From Nitrospirota bacterium (GTDB lineage Bacteria; Nitrospirota; Thermodesulfovibrionia; UBA6902; DSMQ01): a stretch of 64,000 bases of DNA. The stretch is from contig JACRGX010000069.1 in the NCBI GenBank assembly GCA_016212185.1, forward strand, positions 673-64,672, in the 5' to 3' direction. Positions 59,670-64,000 of this stretch are shown in pieces; the stretch's first letter is position 1, and each line of letters opens with the position of its first letter. The notes under the pieces were generated by a model, which worked only from the letters and a program-made list of their open reading frames with translations, did not search any database and was not told the origin of the DNA. The position numbers and the translations under genes are program-made.

Positions 59670-62021
59670 ATGGGCAATGAAAAGGAATTTTCAAGGAGAG
59701 ATTTATTAAAGGTTTCAGCAGCAGCGGCGGCAGGGGCATGTGTGATAAACGGAATGCCTGTGTTTGCGGCAGGTAAATTTTCAGAAGCAAAGGCGGTTGA
59801 ATTTGCAGAGCTTCCGCCCGCACACGCAGAGACTTATGATACTGCCTGCCGTTACTGTCATGTTATGTGCGGATACAAGGTTTATATCTGGCCCAAAGGC
59901 ACAGGGCTAAAACCGGACAAGGCTAAATTTTATCCTGTTGAGAAGATGCGGGGCGACTGGCCCAATCCTGTTTTCACGGTTGAAGCCAAAAAGAACGGTA
60001 AAGACGTATCAATAATGATAGTGCCGGATAACAAAGACGTGGCAAGCGGATCAAACTACTCAGTCCGCGGGGCGTTCAATGCCCAGAGTTTGTATTCCGA
60101 GAAACTTCCGACAAGGATCCGTCTCAAAAAACCAATGATTCGCAAAGGCGGCAAGACAAGTCCTCTTGCGGAGGTTTCATGGGATGAAGCGATTGGATTC
60201 TGCGCGGAGAACTTTAGAAAAATTATCAATCAATACGGTCCTGACGCAATCGGCGCAGTTTACGGAGACTGGGGTTATCTGCAGAATACGCATGTATTGC
60301 TGAAGTGGCTCTTCACAGGAATTAAGTCCAGCACCCTTGCCGGCAACGGGTATCTCTTCTGGGGCGATGAAAGCTGGGGGCTTGCCGATGTGGTGGGTGC
60401 GGGCACCAGGTCGTTTACGTCGGAAGATTTTATAAAAACTAAACTCATTTTTTGCGCCGGAAAAAATCTAAAGGATACGGGTTCATCATGGTATTATCAG
60501 GCGTTGTCAACGGGCGGCATGAACAAGGGTGATATCAAAATGATACTGGTAGACCCGAGAAGGATTCAGATGGCAGAAGACGCAGAAAAAAGCGGCGGTC
60601 TTTTCCTCCAGATTAATCCGGGCACTGATGCAATACTCGGCGCGTCTTTGATGCATGTGCTCGTCATGCACGATTTGTATGACAAAGAATTTGTCCAAAA
60701 GCACACAACTGGTTTTGATACGCTCAAGCAGACTGTATTGAACAGCAGATTCGCACCTGAAAATGCTGAAAAGATTACCGGTATTCCGGCCGCAAAGATT
60801 ATAGCAGCCGCTGAGATGCTCGCAAAGCATAAAGGGCAGACAATGGTGCTTTTTGAAAAAGGAATTATGCATCAGGTGACAGGATACGAAAACGAAGTCG
60901 CATACAGCGCTATGGGAATTATTCTCGGCAATGCCGGAAAACCAGGCGCGTGCACATCCAGAGCCGGCGGACATCCGAGAGGGACCTGGGCGGACCCGCC
61001 TGCCCCAAACGGCGCAAGTTCCATGAGGAGCATCTGTGAAAAAATTGATAAGGGAGAAATAAAGTCGCTCTGGGCGTACATCAGCAACATTTACATACAG
61101 CTTCCCAACCTGAGCAAATATAAGCCTCAGATTGATAAGATGTTTCTTGTCGTGAATGAGATTTATCCCACAGACACGACAGCGGCTGCAGATGTAGTCT
61201 TCCCTGCTGCCACATGGGGAGAATGGAACACCATACAGGCAAGCGAAGACAGGAGGCTTCATATTCAGCAGGGCTTTATGGAAGCCCCCGGCGATGCAAA
61301 GCCGGACTGGTGGATTGTTGCCCAACTGGCAAAGCGGATGGGTTTGAGCGGGTATGACTGGAAAAACGAACAGGAGATTTATGATGATGTAAGAGCGCAG
61401 ACAAAAGGTTCATTTACCAGTGACATCTCAGAAATTGAATGGAAAGACCTTATAAAGTCAGGCACTAACGGCATTCAGTTCCCTTACAAAAACCGCAGGA
61501 GCATATCGCGGCTTTATTCTCTTGAGACAGAAGAAGTGATGGGAAGGCGCTTTAAACATGACGACGGCAAGGCGCACCTTGAACCTGTAAAGGCGCTTGC
61601 TGATTTTGACCCGTACAATCATCCTTTGAGAGACAAGATTACAAATGAGTATCCGCTCTGGATGATTATGCACCGGGCAAACGAAATCTGGAACACCGGC
61701 TATAACTTTTACAATAACGGGCTTAATGTACCGTTGACCCCGAATCTTTACGAGAGACTGCCCGAGCAGACTGTAAGCATTAATCCCAAAGACGCAAGGG
61801 CAATAGGCGTGAAAAGCGGAGACTGGGTTGCGGTTAATTCCAGAAACGGAAGTATGAAGGCAGTGGCAAAGGTAAACGGGCTGACGGCCCCCGGGGTTGT
61901 GGATGTCATGTCGCTTTATCCAAAGACTGAGTCAACGCCGAACATGGTGACGAGCGAGAAGGCGGACCCGAAGCTTGCCGAGTGGGACAGGATGGTGCCG
62001 GTGAATATTGTGAAGGTTTAA
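59670..62021 (+). CDS. aioA: Molybdopterin (bis-MGD) large subunit of an arsenite-oxidase-type enzyme (AioA-like)
   Basis: N-terminal C-x2-C-x3-C (CRYCHVMCGY) with no fourth Cys, and SGSNYSVRGA at the position of the AioA Ser ligand region. MopB core (VDPRR...INPGTDA) and a C-terminal MGD-binding barrel. Immediately follows the Rieske subunit. Confidence 0.75.
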   Translation: MGNEKEFSRRDLLKVSAAAAAGACVINGMPVFAAGKFSEAKAVEFAELPPAHAETYDTACRYCHVMCGYKVYIWPKGTGLKPDKAKFYPVEKMRGDWPNPVFTVEAKKNGKDVSIMIVPDNKDVASGSNYSVRGAFNAQSLYSEKLPTRIRLKKPMIRKGGKTSPLAEVSWDEAIGFCAENFRKIINQYGPDAIGAVYGDWGYLQNTHVLLKWLFTGIKSSTLAGNGYLFWGDESWGLADVVGAGTRSFTSEDFIKTKLIFCAGKNLKDTGSSWYYQALSTGGMNKGDIKMILVDPRRIQMAEDAEKSGGLFLQINPGTDAILGASLMHVLVMHDLYDKEFVQKHTTGFDTLKQTVLNSRFAPENAEKITGIPAAKIIAAAEMLAKHKGQTMVLFEKGIMHQVTGYENEVAYSAMGIILGNAGKPGACTSRAGGHPRGTWADPPAPNGASSMRSICEKIDKGEIKSLWAYISNIYIQLPNLSKYKPQIDKMFLVVNEIYPTDTTAAADVVFPAATWGEWNTIQASEDRRLHIQQGFMEAPGDAKPDWWIVAQLAKRMGLSGYDWKNEQEIYDDVRAQTKGSFTSDISEIEWKDLIKSGTNGIQFPYKNRRSISRLYSLETEEVMGRRFKHDDGKAHLEPVKALADFDPYNHPLRDKITNEYPLWMIMHRANEIWNTGYNFYNNGLNVPLTPNLYERLPEQTVSINPKDARAIGVKSGDWVAVNSRNGSMKAVAKVNGLTAPGVVDVMSLYPKTESTPNMVTSEKADPKLAEWDRMVPVNIVKV

Positions 62022-62124
62022 AAAGGGACGAATAAAAAGGCACTGAGGCGCAAAGGCGCTGAGGCACAAAACTTTGTTCTCCTACTTTGTGCCTTGGATG
62101 CTTTGTTCCTTTGTGCCTGTTTTT

Positions 62125-62658
62125 ATGGGCGATATGACGGAACATTCACTTAACAGCAATGTCACCCGCCGCGGTTTTCTGAGAATAATCGGCTGGGGTT
62201 CTTTTTTTGTCACACTGGGGATATTAATCGGGGGGACTATGAGATTTTTATTCCCGCGCGTTCTTTTTGAACGTCCTTCAACATTTAAGGCTGGATTTCC
62301 TCACGAATTTGATAGAAAGGACAGGGCGGATGAAAACGGCGTTTTTGAGGTATATGAAAAGTGGAAAGATGAACATTCTGCATGTCTGGTGAGGGAAAAG
62401 AACCGCATATACGCCGTACATGTTAAATGCACTCATCTGGGATGCACGCCTAACTGGTTTGCAGATGACAGGATATTCAAGTGCCCGTGCCATGGCAGTC
62501 AGTTTCACAGCAACGGCGTAAATTTTGCAGGTCCGGCTCCGAGACCGCTGGACCGGTTTGGTATTTCAATTGCCGATGACGGCATGATTGTTGTAGATAA
62601 AAGCAGGGTATATACCTCTAAGGACTTTGATAAACGCGGAGCGTATCTTAATGTGTAA
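62125..62658 (+). CDS. Rieske iron-sulfur protein of a cytochrome bc/b6f-type complex
   Basis: TRRGFLRIIGW Tat-like anchor, CTHLGC...CPCHGSQF and GPAPRPLD. The start could be 62125 or 62134. The earlier ORF part is a repeat arm. Confidence 0.85.
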   Translation: MGDMTEHSLNSNVTRRGFLRIIGWGSFFVTLGILIGGTMRFLFPRVLFERPSTFKAGFPHEFDRKDRADENGVFEVYEKWKDEHSACLVREKNRIYAVHVKCTHLGCTPNWFADDRIFKCPCHGSQFHSNGVNFAGPAPRPLDRFGISIADDGMIVVDKSRVYTSKDFDKRGAYLNV

Positions 62659-62683
62659 TAGGCTCCTGATTTTTGATTAAAGC

Positions 62684-63439
62684 ATGATAGAGAAATTCTG
62701 GAACAAATTAACCGGCTCCCAGCTTTGCAAATCCATATTCCGCCACGGTTATGAAGATACAACAAGAAACCGGGCGCTTCAGGTAAGGTCTAACGTATTC
62801 CTTCATCTTCATCCTGTAAGTGTGCCTGAACATGCCTTTAAAATACGTTTCACATGGTGTATGGGCGGGATAACTTTTTTCCTGTTTTTAGTAGAGGCAT
62901 TCACCGGCGTATTTCTGATGTTCTACTATCATCCTATTCCTGAGTTTGCCTATCATGATATGAAGTATCTTGAATTTGACATCCCTTTCGGGATTATCCT
63001 CAGAAACATCCACAGGTGGGCGGCGCATCTGATGGTGTTTACAATCATTCTGCACATGCTGAGGGTTTTTCTTACAGGCTCATATAAACCTCCGAGGGAA
63101 TTTAACTGGGTTGTCGGCGTGGTCTTAATAGTTTTGACTTTTTTGCTGAGCTTTACCGGCTATCTGCTTCCGTGGGACCAACTGTCTTACTGGGCTATTA
63201 CGGTAGCTACCAACATGATGGGAGCAGCACCGTTTATCGGGCATGAAGGCCCGTTTTCAGTTGTTAATAAATATAATGATATCCGTTTTGTTGTGTTAGG
63301 CAGCACAGAGATAGGGACAAACGCTCTTCTGAGGTTTTATGTGATGCATATTATAGTATTGCCTGCGGCTGCAATCATTTTTATGGCAGTTCACTTCTGG
63401 AGAATCAGGAAAGACGGGGGCATATCAGGACCTTTATGA
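62684..63439 (+). CDS. Cytochrome b, N-terminal (b6-like, four-helix) subunit
   Basis: Haem His pairs in NIHRWAAHLMVFTIILHMLRVF and FYVMHIIVLPAAAIIFMAVHFW. 251 aa. Confidence 0.9.
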   Translation: MIEKFWNKLTGSQLCKSIFRHGYEDTTRNRALQVRSNVFLHLHPVSVPEHAFKIRFTWCMGGITFFLFLVEAFTGVFLMFYYHPIPEFAYHDMKYLEFDIPFGIILRNIHRWAAHLMVFTIILHMLRVFLTGSYKPPREFNWVVGVVLIVLTFLLSFTGYLLPWDQLSYWAITVATNMMGAAPFIGHEGPFSVVNKYNDIRFVVLGSTEIGTNALLRFYVMHIIVLPAAAIIFMAVHFWRIRKDGGISGPL

Positions 63440-63486
63440 GAGGCACGAAGGCGCAGAGAAGAAAAATTTAGTGCCAGAATAATATT

Positions 63487-64000
63487 ATGGAACGCTCTAA
63501 AAGTAAAAAACATTTCGTCTGGCCGGACCTGGCATTTAAGGAATTTTTAACGATTATTGCTTTAACAATTATATTGATAATATGGGGTCTGCTTATGAAT
63601 GCGCCTTTAAGGGAGATGGCTGCGCCGGAAAGGTCTGAAAATCCGTCCAAGGCGCCGTGGTATTTTGCAGGGCTGCAGGAATTGCTGGTCTATTTTGACC
63701 CATGGATAGCCGGGGTCATGATTCCTGTCATTATTGCAGCCGGTTTGATAATTATCCCCTATATAGATACTAATCCCAACGGCAGAGGGAGCTACACATT
63801 CTCCCTCAGGCGGTTTGCTGTTATAAATTTTCTTTTCGGTTTTCTGCTCTGGTGGGGCTTGATATTTATAGGATATTTTTTAAGGGGTCCGAACTGGCAG
63901 TTATATCTCCCATGGGAATCGTGGGGGACTGTTAAAGAGACTGAGAATTATCTCTGGAGCCTGAGCCCTGCTATTGGTTTAGTGTGTATAGCAGTTTATT
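63487..64000 (+). CDS. Cytochrome b C-terminal domain / subunit IV-like protein (3' end beyond the window)
   Basis: My own translation from ATG 63487: MERSKSKKHFVWPDLAFKEFL...NPSKAPWYFAGLQELLVYF (PEWYF-type motif) followed by three hydrophobic helices. Open to the window end. Confidence 0.8.
   Translation, partial: MERSKSKKHFVWPDLAFKEFLTIIALTIILIIWGLLMNAPLREMAAPERSENPSKAPWYFAGLQELLVYFDPWIAGVMIPVIIAAGLIIIPYIDTNPNGRGSYTFSLRRFAVINFLFGFLLWWGLIFIGYFLRGPNWQLYLPWESWGTVKETENYLWSLSPAIGLVCIAVY

Noticed and set aside
60507-61325. 272-aa minus-strand ORF
   Set aside because: It is entirely antisense to the well-supported molybdopterin subunit gene. Its composition is Cys/Arg/His-rich and low in complexity, with no motifs.

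Overview
This is a densely coding 64-kb chromosomal segment. About 60 CDS, 2 tRNAs and no rRNA or CRISPR were identified. All functions come from motif recognition in the supplied translations, since no database search was possible.

The backbone is housekeeping:
- Energy and proteolysis: rnfCDGE, hslVU-xerC.
- Repair and biosynthesis: uvrC, trpEG, mqnA (futalosine pathway), pyrG-kdsB.
- Division and envelope: zapA, lysS, lolC/lolD, an Slt-type transglycosylase, eno-ftsB, NfeD/stomatin.
- Salvage and carbohydrate: deoA, queF, hpt, queD, a GH57 glucan enzyme, pmbA/tldD.

The gene content suggests an anaerobic or microaerophilic, Nitrospirota- or Deltaproteobacteria-like lineage. That placement is a low-confidence inference.

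Three accessory or unusual blocks stand out.
1. 58.7-64.0 kb encodes a monohaem cytochrome c, a Rieske small subunit and a [3Fe-4S]-type molybdopterin large subunit that look like arsenite oxidase AioBA. A second Rieske protein and a split cytochrome b follow directly. Upstream lies an AioX/S/R-like unit (PhnD-like binding protein, histidine kinase, sigma54 regulator). That unit has been split by a PIN/RHH toxin-antitoxin pair, an element flanked by inverted repeats, and a 5'-truncated integron-integrase pseudogene.
2. 35.4-44.5 kb is a type IV minor-pilin operon (GspH/FimT-like, PilV, PilW, PilX, small secreted protein). It carries a 1656-aa PilY1-like protein with four Ig-like repeats, a vWA domain and a propeller, followed by an Ig-repeat lipoprotein. 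A good -24/-12 promoter and a palindromic upstream site precede it.
3. Several short repeat families load the sequence heavily: nested GTCATTCC...GGAATGAC palindromes, about 160-bp MITE-like elements, GTCCCGAAG hairpins, G/C-tract palindromes, and arrays of degenerate 7-9-bp 'words'. They fill almost every intergenic gap. They are also inserted in frame into at least five housekeeping genes (mqnA, slt, lolD, pmbA, kdsB) and into prepilin leader peptides.
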